Shown here: piece after piece, positions 32,169 through 41,564 of the stretch
Layout: each line of letters opens with the position of its first letter
How positions within the stretch are numbered: the first letter of the stretch is position 1
Source of the DNA: a virus
Taxonomy: Duplodnaviria > Caudoviricetes
IMG/VR virus record: IMGVR_UViG_3300037067_003053
Span: 57,381 to 121,380 of that record
Reading direction: 5' to 3' (one strand)
DNA: 64,000 nucleotides
Translations under genes and position numbers: made by a program
Notes under the pieces: model-generated
Told to the model about the DNA's origin: nothing
Databases searched by the model: none
What the model saw: only the letters and a program-made list of their open reading frames with translations

Positions 32169-33047
32169 TCATTTTAATTTCCATTCTTTTTCAAATTCAA
32201 ATTCTTTATTTAAAACATTATTTAAAGAATTTTTGGTTATATCACTTAAATATTCATAAACCACATGATTAATTATAGTTAATGCTGATATTTTATCGCC
32301 ATCATTTATAATGCGACAAATCTCGTTTTGCCCTTTACATTCCTCTATTAATTGATTGTCTTTTTTATCTTTAACAATTTCAAGACAATCTCCAACCATA
32401 TTATAAATTAACTCTACTAATTTTGGAGATTTTAACCAAAAATTAGATAATACCCTATATTCTATACCATAATCTGTAGGTCTATGACATCCTGCTTTAC
32501 CATAAAGTTTTTTTCTATCCATAGATTCTTTTGAAGAATCTAAAATAATAGATGAAATTCCTAAAATACAATCCATAGTTCTCACAGTTTGTATTTTTCC
32601 TTCCATTTCCAATAAAAAAGGATATTCATCTAAATTTCCAACATGAACATGGGCTCCACAGCTTCTTAAATTTGTAGTTGGTTTGGAGGGCATGTTCATA
32701 CTTATTGTCCAAGCATTAAAATCCGGATCACATCCAAACTTTTTTGCTTCTTCATGGAATAAATATTTTTTCTCAAAAACATGTGAAGATTTTGGTATAA
32801 TAGAAAATCCATTTGGAATATTTTTTAATACCTCTTTATAAGTATTTTCAATATTACAAATAAATTCCTTTAAATCAATCGCAGGTTGGGTTGCAAATTC
32901 TAATGCCACATTATCAAACGATAACTTCGATCCATTATTGAGATTCTGTGGATTGTGTTTTGTCCCCGCAATATAAGGAATTGCTGAAACTATTTTTTTA
33001 CCATCATGTAAAAAAAACTCAGGGTCTGTTCCTATTGTAAATCTCAT
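32169..33047 (-). CDS. phiEco32-like COOH-NH2 ligase type 2 (copy 1)
   Basis: IGTDPEFF, GTK.NP, DNVALEF, FGCDPDFNAW, RSCGAHVHVG, R..LYGKAG..R...YGIEYRVLSNFW; start placed at the ATG after GGAGG. Confidence 0.92.
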   Translation of the reverse strand: MRFTIGTDPEFFLHDGKKIVSAIPYIAGTKHNPQNLNNGSKLSFDNVALEFATQPAIDLKEFICNIENTYKEVLKNIPNGFSIIPKSSHVFEKKYLFHEEAKKFGCDPDFNAWTISMNMPSKPTTNLRSCGAHVHVGNLDEYPFLLEMEGKIQTVRTMDCILGISSIILDSSKESMDRKKLYGKAGCHRPTDYGIEYRVLSNFWLKSPKLVELIYNMVGDCLEIVKDKKDNQLIEECKGQNEICRIINDGDKISALTIINHVVYEYLSDITKNSLNNVLNKEFEFEKEWKLK

Positions 33048-33064
33048 TTTACCTCCAAAATATC

Positions 33065-33850
33065 CTATATCTTTCCTTCCCATACTATTTTACCATTTTC
33101 CCCATGTAATCTCCATATCTTACCATCAAAAGAAGGAACCAATCCCTTCTCCCGTAATTTTATTGCAGAAGAAAAATCATATTTATATTTAATATTGAAA
33201 AATGATGAAATATAAACCCAGACAGAATCCCTGACAGAAACCCTGACATAATCCTCGACAGAATCCATGATAGAATCCCCGACAGAATCCCTGATAGAAT
33301 CCCTGACAGAATACCAGACAGAATCCCTGATAGAATCCCTGACATAATCCTCGACAGAAACCCTGATAGAATCCCTGACAGAATCCATGATAGAATCCCT
33401 GATAGAATCCCTGACAGAATCCATGATAGAATCCCCGACAGAATCCCTGATAGAATACCCGATAGAAGTCCTAACAGAATTCCATTTCTTCAATAATTTA
33501 ATATCCCCTTCAGATATTAAATTATTATGTAAATTAAATGGGTTGATTATAGGTTTTATTATTAACTCTGGTACAATAGTTTTGAAATCTAAAGATTTAC
33601 AAAACTTTTCTATTTTCTTAGAATCATCCACAGTATTTAATTGGTCAATAATAAATTTCTTTGTCAGTGGATTGTATTCATATTTATTAAGTTTATCCTC
33701 TTTCTCCCCTTTAAATCCATAGTAATCTGCTATGGAGGTATGGGAGTCTGTCTCATATTTTAACTTACCTTTCATTATTTTCTTTCTGATAACAGAATCA
33801 AAATAATAAGGTTTATTACCATCCGATACTAAACTAAAAAAGTTACACAT
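33065..33850 (-). CDS. DSV[RW] tetrapeptide-repeat protein, paralogue 1 (22 units)
   Basis: MCNFFSLVSDG N-domain, 12-nt VNTR, GLVPSFDGK.WRLHG C-domain. Confidence 0.85.
   Translation of the reverse strand: MCNFFSLVSDGNKPYYFDSVIRKKIMKGKLKYETDSHTSIADYYGFKGEKEDKLNKYEYNPLTKKFIIDQLNTVDDSKKIEKFCKSLDFKTIVPELIIKPIINPFNLHNNLISEGDIKLLKKWNSVRTSIGYSIRDSVGDSIMDSVRDSIRDSIMDSVRDSIRVSVEDYVRDSIRDSVWYSVRDSIRDSVGDSIMDSVEDYVRVSVRDSVWVYISSFFNIKYKYDFSSAIKLREKGLVPSFDGKIWRLHGENGKIVWEGKI
33218..33481 (-). repeat. 12-nt tandem repeat x22 (consensus GATTCTGTCAGG)
   Basis: Read directly from the sequence. Confidence 0.95.
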
Positions 33851-34940
33851 TATTTACTCCTTAATTTAATTATTTATTTGATAAATATGTTAGGACAATC
33901 TAAATTTTCCGTCTTTTCTTAATTGATTCCACCAATCAGATGGCATAGAAAGACTTTGAATAGATTCTCGTTTTATTTCTTTTATATCTCCCATTTTACC
34001 ACAACATTTACACATTTCTTGATTATAAGAAACTTTATCTGCCGCAGACCTTATACCTTTGCCCGGCCATTTATATTGACATATAGAAACTATATTATAT
34101 GTATGACCAAATCTTTGACATTTTTGATCCGGATTATACCATTCTTTAAATATTCTAATTATTTTATTAAAAAAGTGAATCTTTTTTGTCTTTAGTACAT
34201 TATTCATAATTTACTCCTTAGATAATTCTTTACCAATTAGGAAATTTTAATTGTTCTTGCCACATTTCAACAGTACAACATTTTTTACTAACTAATTCTC
34301 CAAAACATGTTAAATCCGATCTTATATAAACCTCATTATGTTTTGTAAAACAGTTTATTAATGGATTTGTAATTAAAGATAATGTGCCTTTTTTACTATA
34401 TTCTTTTAAATAATCGCGCAATCTAAATGCAACCATTAAATTACATTTATTATCAAATAATTTATTTTGAGATATTTTTTGCATTTGCCGAATCATTTCA
34501 ATTTTAAAATTAAATATGGTTTTATTAAAGGTTTCATAGTCTTCAATATGGAGAACCCAATAAGTTTCTCCGTTCATTTTTAATTTTAAAAAATTATATC
34601 CTGTCATTATTTAATATTAATTTTTAGTTCAAACATAATTATTTTTTTAATTTTCTCGTGGCTTTTGAGTAATTAAAGAATGTTTCCCATACTTCTATAT
34701 GAAAATCTTTTGGTAATTCTTTAACCATATTTTCTATTGCATGTTTTTGACCTAAAACTTTACAATCAGAATCTTTTGGATTCTGATATGCTGTTCCAAC
34801 CGCCCATGGTTTTTCTTCTGAAACATCTACCATAAATAAATTTGCAGTTGTTTTTCTTACCATTTTATCTCCAAATTTAGCAGGAACCTTTGTCGAATGA
34901 AATTTTAAATACATCATAATTTACTCCTTGTTTGAATTGT

Positions 34941-35471
34941 TTATTTGATAAACTTATTTAAAATATTTTTATAAAATAGAACGTCTGAATCACGTGAAGT
35001 TGAATGAGATATTCCTACTAATTGAATTTTTTTATTTACATATTTTTTATAATATTTAAATTTTATAGATAAATTTATTTTTGCTTGTAATGATTTTTCA
35101 TCATGAAATATAAAATATCTTTGATAAATTTCCTTTTCAACATAATCTTTACAATTAATTGTAAATTTTCTTCCAACCATTACAGTTTTTGCTTCATAAT
35201 CCATCCAAAACTTATTTAAGCAATATTCTATTATAGGAAGACCAAGATAAATTGTTTTACTTATTTTTCTATTTGTTCCAAAATCATAAATCTTACATTT
35301 CATTCCCAATGCTAACCACATAAGTAAATTGTTATCCAAATCGGAAAATAATTTATACCAATTTTTACGTTCAAGTGTGGTTGATTGAATTCTAATAAAA
35401 TTTATTTTATTCTTTGGTATATGCGGTATTTGTTCTATACCGTTTGTAAGATTAATAAAATATTTAACCAT
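34941..35471 (-). CDS. Conserved-looking phage hypothetical protein (FINLTNGIE...FIRIQST)
   Basis: 176-aa ORF with enzyme-like motifs; function unknown. Confidence 0.6.
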   Translation of the reverse strand: MVKYFINLTNGIEQIPHIPKNKINFIRIQSTTLERKNWYKLFSDLDNNLLMWLALGMKCKIYDFGTNRKISKTIYLGLPIIEYCLNKFWMDYEAKTVMVGRKFTINCKDYVEKEIYQRYFIFHDEKSLQAKINLSIKFKYYKKYVNKKIQLVGISHSTSRDSDVLFYKNILNKFIK

Positions 35472-36309
35472 TATTTAATTTCTATTTTATATTTTTTCAT
35501 AATATCATTTATATTTTTTTTAATTCGTATTGAATCTGATTTTTTAATGGTTAAAAAATCATCATATAATCCAAATTTATTTCGTGTCATTTTTGTTAAA
35601 GTGGTTAATTTTGGTTCACTTTCTTCTAAACAAAACTGTTCATTACCAGATTCTCCGGTAAATTTATTTTTATTTGATTTTAATTTCTTAATTATTTTTA
35701 ATCTTGGAAAAACCAATAAAATAGGTGGATTTAATAATCGTTTTATTTCCTCTTTTCTATTAATTTTATGAGAGGTATCTGGATATTTATCTTCTATAAT
35801 AGATTGTAACATTTTACAGCATTCTTTAGATAAATCATGTTGGTTTAGATTATCTCTTTCCTGTTCAACCATTATAACTCTTTTCTAATAATATTAGATT
35901 TTCAAACTCTTTAAGCAACTTTTCTGTTATTTTTCCAGCAAAGATTAAATCACGAATTTCTTCCATTCGTTTTTGAATTTCTTCTAAAGATTTCATATGT
36001 TTACTTTGGTGGCGATAAATCCTTCATTATATCCTTCATTATATCCGTCATTATAGGCCTCTGCAATTACTGCCATAAAGGATATTAATAAATCGTCTTC
36101 CTTGTGTTCAAATGTATCATCCATTTGATTTTTAAGTTTAATTGCAATATTTGCTCTTCTTGCAACTTCTTCAATACTTAATTTCATTTTTATTTCCTTT
36201 TGTTATCAATAATTATAAATAATATTCAAATATAGAATGTTTTATTAAATAAAGAAATAAAATAATAACAAATGTTCCAAATATAGGTAAAAATATTTAT
36301 TCATATTAT

Positions 36310-36576
36310 TTAATATTGACTGGAAAAATATTTACCTCTACGAAATACCTTTGAATTATAAATACATTTTATCCTACAACCAATTATTTTTTCGTAACCT
36401 ATTTCTATGCCAGATATTAGAACATATCTTTTGGCCCTTTCTTCCGGAGTACTATGTGGCATAATTTTATCAATTAAAGCATGGGCTTTATCAATTCCAG
36501 AATCGTCATCACCAAAATTGTAGACCCGCCCTAATAATATGTCTATTAATATCAAATCTGTTTCTTGTCCGAGCAT
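36310..36576 (-). CDS. Hypothetical protein (true start likely 36576)
   Basis: AAGGAAAGGA RBS before ATG at 36576; the longer ORF call overlaps tRNA-Tyr. Confidence 0.6.
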   Translation of the reverse strand: MLGQETDLILIDILLGRVYNFGDDDSGIDKAHALIDKIMPHSTPEERAKRYVLISGIEIGYEKIIGCRIKCIYNSKVFRRGKYFSSQY

Positions 36577-36613
36577 GATATATGTTCCTTTCCTTTTGTT
36601 ATCAATTTCCTTG

Positions 36614-36693
36614 TGCGTTGAAGAGGATTTGAACCTGCTTTGATGATTAAACGGATTTACAGTCCGCTCCCTTACCAATCGGGCTATCAACGC
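36614..36693 (-). tRNA. tRNA-Tyr(GTA)
   Basis: GCGTTGA/TCAACGC acceptor; GCGGA-CT-GTA-AA-TCCGT; long variable region; imperfect T stem. Confidence 0.82.
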
Positions 36694-36698
36694 ATTTT

Positions 36699-36900
36699 GT
36701 TAAAGTCTCGGTATAGAATCAAACTATACATTATTATTTTTTAATAAAAATAATTTGTTAATTTTGTTGTGAATCACTTGGGTATAGCCCAAGAGTTGCT
36801 CAAATAGGAGTAAATCATACAGACATAACCGCTTGGATATAACACAAAAATTAGATTATTTTTAAATAATTTTTCTATCATTGAAATACGAAACTTTAAC
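36699..36900 (-). ncRNA. tRNA-like RNA (~200 nt) with a long hairpin replacing the anticodon loop
   Basis: 12-bp closing stem GTTAAAGTTTCG/CGAGACTTTAAC; D arm TTTC-AATGATA-GAAA; T arm GTATAG-TTTGATT-CTATAC; internal stems AAAAATAAT/ATTATTTTT and CTTGGG/CCCAAG. Confidence 0.65.
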
Positions 36901-37002
36901 ACGAAAAACACACACATAATATCTTTAATTATATAATATTATTTTAGTATATTAAATAATTAAATTTTTAACTCAAATTAAGTTTTTTCACTTTCCACTC
37001 CT

Positions 37003-38469
37003 TTATTGTTCGTTTACCCATTCAATTACTTTATTTTTTATTGTTAATAATAGTTTATCTTCCATTGTGCGAATAGACGCCCAATAAATATAAGGTATTC
37101 CTATATAATATTTATAATTTATTGACAATTTTTCATTTATAAAACCATCAATATCCAAATTATTAAAATATCCATCTGGGCAAGATAAAAATAAAATAAC
37201 AAATGGATTTTTTGATACTACCCCTAAAAGATTTTTATATAAGATTCCTTTTATATTAGAATCAAAGCATCCATCATATTTTATAATTAAATTATTTTCT
37301 TTATATCCATTAACCCAATATTTAAAAATATTATCAGAGTATAGTGTTTCTTTTTTAAACTCTTCTAATATTTTTAAATCATGATCGTTTAATCCACAAT
37401 ATTCTTTATATTCTTCTTTTGTTGGTCTTGACAATGGGTTTGTATAATAAACAATTTTAATATTCTTAATATAAAAATTATCTGCTAAATTTTTAGCAAT
37501 TTTGATCCATAAATAATAATATTGTGGTTTTTTATAAATCATAGCAGGAGGTGTTCTATATTCAAATCCCCAGTTTTTTCTTTCTGAAGATGATAATCTT
37601 CTATATTGACCTCTTTTTTCTCCACTTTTATCTATTGTATAAAATCCAATATAAAAATCCAATATTTTAACAAATTCATCATTACGTCCCACATTTCCAA
37701 AATGTATATGACCCCCAAGAGCAACATAATTACCGGCCACAGATATACCCTGTACTTGTTTTGATGCTTCTGTTATTAATCCCTTTAAATTTTTAACGGC
37801 ACTTTTTATAGTTGTGGCATATTTTGGTCTAAATTCTCCGGTACATGCTGCCCCATCACATCCAATTTCTCTATCAGAACCAGTATTAAATACTGTGTTG
37901 GCCGGAACAAATTCATCATTTTCAATAATTTCAAATTCCGGATCAGCACCAATCGTAATTACTTTCTTTATTTTAATACGTTTTTTATTTTTTGAAAAAG
38001 CATCGTTCATAAAACTAATAAGAAATTCTACACCATCGACACTATGGGTATAATCTTTTAAAAACAATATATTTTTTACACCAAAAAATTCTTTGAAATA
38101 ATAACCCAATTTAATTGTAAAATTCTCTCCTCTACTAAGTATATAGCAAGTATTAAAAGATTGATTATTATTTTGAATATATCTACCTAAAGCATTAAAA
38201 ATTGGTCCCTCATCAAGACAAGATGAGGAAATAAGTTTATCATATTTTTTAATTAAATTTTCATCATTTAAAATAATTTCTTTATAATCTAATTTTTTTA
38301 ATAAATCAGGTGAAATACATTTATCTGAATATAAATATATTGTATTATTTTTAAATATAACAGTGATGCCTGAATGAGCATAAATATTTTCAAATCCATA
38401 GTATACTGGAGGATTATTAATTTTATCTAAAAATATGGATGTGGATTCTGTGGGATATATATCTTTCAT
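37003..38469 (-). CDS. phiEco32-like COOH-NH2 ligase (copy 2) with N- and C-terminal extensions
   Basis: TIGADPEFE, IGCDG...GEFRP, GGHIHFG, GFEYRTPP. Confidence 0.85.
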   Translation of the reverse strand: MKDIYPTESTSIFLDKINNPPVYYGFENIYAHSGITVIFKNNTIYLYSDKCISPDLLKKLDYKEIILNDENLIKKYDKLISSSCLDEGPIFNALGRYIQNNNQSFNTCYILSRGENFTIKLGYYFKEFFGVKNILFLKDYTHSVDGVEFLISFMNDAFSKNKKRIKIKKVITIGADPEFEIIENDEFVPANTVFNTGSDREIGCDGAACTGEFRPKYATTIKSAVKNLKGLITEASKQVQGISVAGNYVALGGHIHFGNVGRNDEFVKILDFYIGFYTIDKSGEKRGQYRRLSSSERKNWGFEYRTPPAMIYKKPQYYYLWIKIAKNLADNFYIKNIKIVYYTNPLSRPTKEEYKEYCGLNDHDLKILEEFKKETLYSDNIFKYWVNGYKENNLIIKYDGCFDSNIKGILYKNLLGVVSKNPFVILFLSCPDGYFNNLDIDGFINEKLSINYKYYIGIPYIYWASIRTMEDKLLLTIKNKVIEWVNEQ

Positions 38470-38762
38470 TCCATTTCCTCTATATCTTGAAGTTTTTTTA
38501 ATTCATCATTTATAAATGTGTACATTGGAATATTTTTTAATAATGCTCCATATTTTGAAGCCAAACAAATATGTTTTGTTGTAGTTTGTGATATTCTATC
38601 TTTTCCAATATAAGGAAAAACAAACTTTATTCCCCACGCCGTATATCCTATTTTTAATTTAAAAGAATATAAATTTTTACCATCGGTGGAAATATTTTTA
38701 CCAATTGCGGGAACATTGGATGACCAACATACCACAACCAAATTATTATCTAATGTTTTCAT
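38466..38762 (-). CDS. Small protein with C-terminal EEME tag, overlapping the ligase 2 start (ATGA)
   Basis: Ends INDELKKLQDIEEME. Confidence 0.8.
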   Translation of the reverse strand: MKTLDNNLVVVCWSSNVPAIGKNISTDGKNLYSFKLKIGYTAWGIKFVFPYIGKDRISQTTTKHICLASKYGALLKNIPMYTFINDELKKLQDIEEME

Positions 38763-38856
38763 ATTTCTTTACAATTTAATATTAAATTCATTACTTCCAT
38801 AATGAATTACCGTTTTTGAAAAATTCATTTAAAATCCTATTTACAATTTTTACAAT

Positions 38857-38901
38857 AAAAAAGGGCGAATCTCAGAATATTTCTATTCTAAAACTCGCCC
38901 T
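38857..38901 (-). terminator. Rho-independent terminator
   Basis: AGGGCGAGTTTTAGAATA-GAAA-TATTCTGAGATTCGCCCT followed by a T run. Confidence 0.85.
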
Positions 38902-38977
38902 GTGGTACACTTGGAGGATGTACTAAATTCCCAAATGTTTTACGTTGCGAAAAGAAATTTTTTAAAAATACTTTATC

Positions 38978-39715
38978 CTATATCTTACCTTCCCATACTA
39001 TTTTACCATTTTCTCCATGCAACCTCCATGTTTTACCATCAAAAGAAGGAACTAACCCCTTCTCCCATAATTTTATTACAGGAGAAAAATCATATTTATA
39101 TTTAATATTAAAAAATGATGAAATATAAGCCAAGACAGAATCCCAGACAGAATCCCTGACAGAATCCCTGACAGAAACCCAGACAGAATTCCTGACAGAA
39201 ACCCTGACAGAATCCCCGACAGAAACCCTGACAGAAACCCTGACAGAAGCCCTGACAGAATTCCTGACAGAAACCCAGACAGAATCCCTGACAGAATCCC
39301 AGACAGAATCCCAGACAGAATCCCTGACAGAATCCCCGACAGAAACCCACTCTTTTAATAATTTAATATCTTCTTCAGATATTAAATTATTATGTAAATT
39401 AAACGGGTTTATGATAGGTTTTATTATTAACTCTGGTACAATAGTTGTAAAATCTAAATTATCACAAAATTCTTTAATTTGTTTTGAATCATCCACAGTA
39501 TTTAATTGGTCAATAATAAATACTTTGGTAAGAGGATTATACTCATATTTATTTAATGAATCCTCTTTCTTCCCTTTAAATCCATAGTAATCTGCTATGG
39601 ATGTGTGGGAATCTTTCTCATATTTTAACTTACCTTTTATTATTTTCTTTCTGATAATAGAATCAAAGTAATAAGGTTTCTTTCCATCCGATACCAAACT
39701 AAAAAAGTTACACAT
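38978..39715 (-). CDS. DSV[RW] tetrapeptide-repeat protein, paralogue 2 (18 units)
   Basis: Near-identical N- and C-domains to paralogues 1 and 3. Confidence 0.85.
   Translation of the reverse strand: MCNFFSLVSDGKKPYYFDSIIRKKIIKGKLKYEKDSHTSIADYYGFKGKKEDSLNKYEYNPLTKVFIIDQLNTVDDSKQIKEFCDNLDFTTIVPELIIKPIINPFNLHNNLISEEDIKLLKEWVSVGDSVRDSVWDSVWDSVRDSVWVSVRNSVRASVRVSVRVSVGDSVRVSVRNSVWVSVRDSVRDSVWDSVLAYISSFFNIKYKYDFSPVIKLWEKGLVPSFDGKTWRLHGENGKIVWEGKI
39131..39346 (-). repeat. 12-nt tandem repeat x18
   Basis: Read directly from the sequence. Confidence 0.95.
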
Positions 39716-40910
39716 TATGCTCTCCTTAATTCATTGTCTATTAAAGAAACTACAATTTTCCTGCTTCCACTTCCACCAGTTTCAGTAATATCTCGTATTT
39801 TACACAATAATTGTTTTAAATCCGTCACCTGTTTTATAAGTGGATTTTCTTTATCTATTAATGTCCGCAATTCTTTTAGCATTTTTAACCGATGCATTTT
39901 ACCCAGTTCGCTTACCGGTTCATATTCTTCAAAAAATTTAATATCTTGAAGAATTTTCAATTGAGATTTTTCCATACTTACCTCTCTTTACTTTTAAAAA
40001 AGTTTTGATTTGTAATTCTCATATTCTATTTTTATTCCGCCCTGAGAAATTGCGGGTTATTTAATGAATTATATCTTTATTATTTTAATAAATTTATAAT
40101 TATTATCGGTATCCGCCACCAACAATTCTAAACCAAAAGGTTTTAATAGTTCATCTATATCCTCAAACAAATCTAATGAGGGATAAATTTCCATATCAAT
40201 AGCCATAAATGGCCAATATTTTACCTTACCAGCTTCTTTATATGTTATTTTTTTCATTATAAATAATACCCGCTTTCAAATTTTAATGAATTATATTATA
40301 TTTATCTTTTATTTTGCACATATTAATAATAATTTTATAGAATTTTTTATATCTATCAGTACCCAAATAATTATTGCTCTTAAAAACTATTTTGCCCACG
40401 GAGTCACAGCAATATCCCAAACATGTTTCACTTCTCCATATTCTCGGGATTCTACAACATTTTTTTCTATTATTAAAAAATCCAAATGTTTTTGTAAATT
40501 TATATTTCTTTTTTAAATATAAAAGTCGTTCCTTGTCTTCAAAGAAATATGAATTGATATTAAAATACCCATTTCGCTCACCACATTTAGAACAACATCC
40601 ACATTGTTTGGATTTAAAACTTTCGCATTTATTATGAGTTTTGTTTAAAAGTTCTTTTTTGATGAAAGTATATTTATACTCACTTTCATGTTTTTTGCTC
40701 AAAGGATATTCAAAATCTATATCACATCCATTATCATCTTCATAAATATAACGATATTTTATTGGGGCACAAATACAATCCGAACAATATTTTTTATTTA
40801 TCGAATCAAAAATATTACCTATTTTTTTAGATAATAAATTTAATTCTTTTAAATCTTCTGGTTCTATTTTTATTAATTTATCCATACATACTCCAAATAT
40901 TTTTAAATTG

Positions 40911-40982
40911 TTGGGATAATTAGACTCGAACTAATGACCTCCCGCTTATAAGGCGGATGCTCTACCACTGAGCTATATCCCA
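40911..40982 (-). tRNA. tRNA-Ile(TAT)
   Basis: TGGGATA/TATCCCA; GCTC-AGTGGTA-GAGC; TCCGC-CT-TAT-AA-GCGGG; ATTAG-TTCGAGT-CTAAT; discriminator A. Confidence 0.92.
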
Positions 40983-40991
40983 ATTTGAGAA

Positions 40992-41327
40992 TTATTTCTT
41001 TTCTTTTAATGATTCGATCATTTCGTCCAATTTTAAATTGGTCATTTCCAACATTTTGTCTGAAATTTTTTGGATTTTTTTATTATTTACAATCTTGGGC
41101 AAGACATAGATTATTTCTGCTTCCTTTGTTGATGGAATCATAGCCCCAATTATTATACTAATAATTCCAATTACTAATATAATTTTTGAAGGTTTTTTAC
41201 CAACACCATCAGACAACTGAACAAACAACCATACAACAAATATAATTACGGATATTACGCCAGTAGCCAAAAAAAGTCCAGATAGAACATCCAATTTTTG
41301 CCACAAATAAATTTGAAACCAAGTCAT
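40992..41327 (-). CDS. Two-TM membrane protein
   Basis: Two hydrophobic segments followed by IPSTKE. Confidence 0.7.
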   Translation of the reverse strand: MTWFQIYLWQKLDVLSGLFLATGVISVIIFVVWLFVQLSDGVGKKPSKIILVIGIISIIIGAMIPSTKEAEIIYVLPKIVNNKKIQKISDKMLEMTNLKLDEMIESLKEKK

Positions 41328-41564
41328 TTTTTCCTTCCTTCTCTAATTTTATTTATTGCGTTTGTAAAGGCTTTTTTCTTATCCGCCTTTATTTTCTTTT
41401 TAAGAAATTTACGAGCCTTTCTTTCCATTTTTACCTTATCGGATACCACCTTTTTAGGTAATTCCGGTAAAGTATATGGAATAAATTTCTCGTGATTGTG
41501 TTCTACTTCTCCCATAATTTCCTCCAAGTTATTTGTGTTTTAATTCTAAAACTCGCCCCTTATC

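Noticed and set aside
36577-36690. N-terminal extension of ORF 36310-36690
   Set aside because: Overlaps tRNA-Tyr; the RBS supports a start at 36576.
39108-39350. Cys-rich GFCQ-repeat ORF (also the ILSG-repeat ORF 33160-33345 and antisense ORF 33387-33722)
   Set aside because: Alternative-frame shadows of the VNTR; they have no RBS, and the DSVR frame carries the conserved flanking domains.
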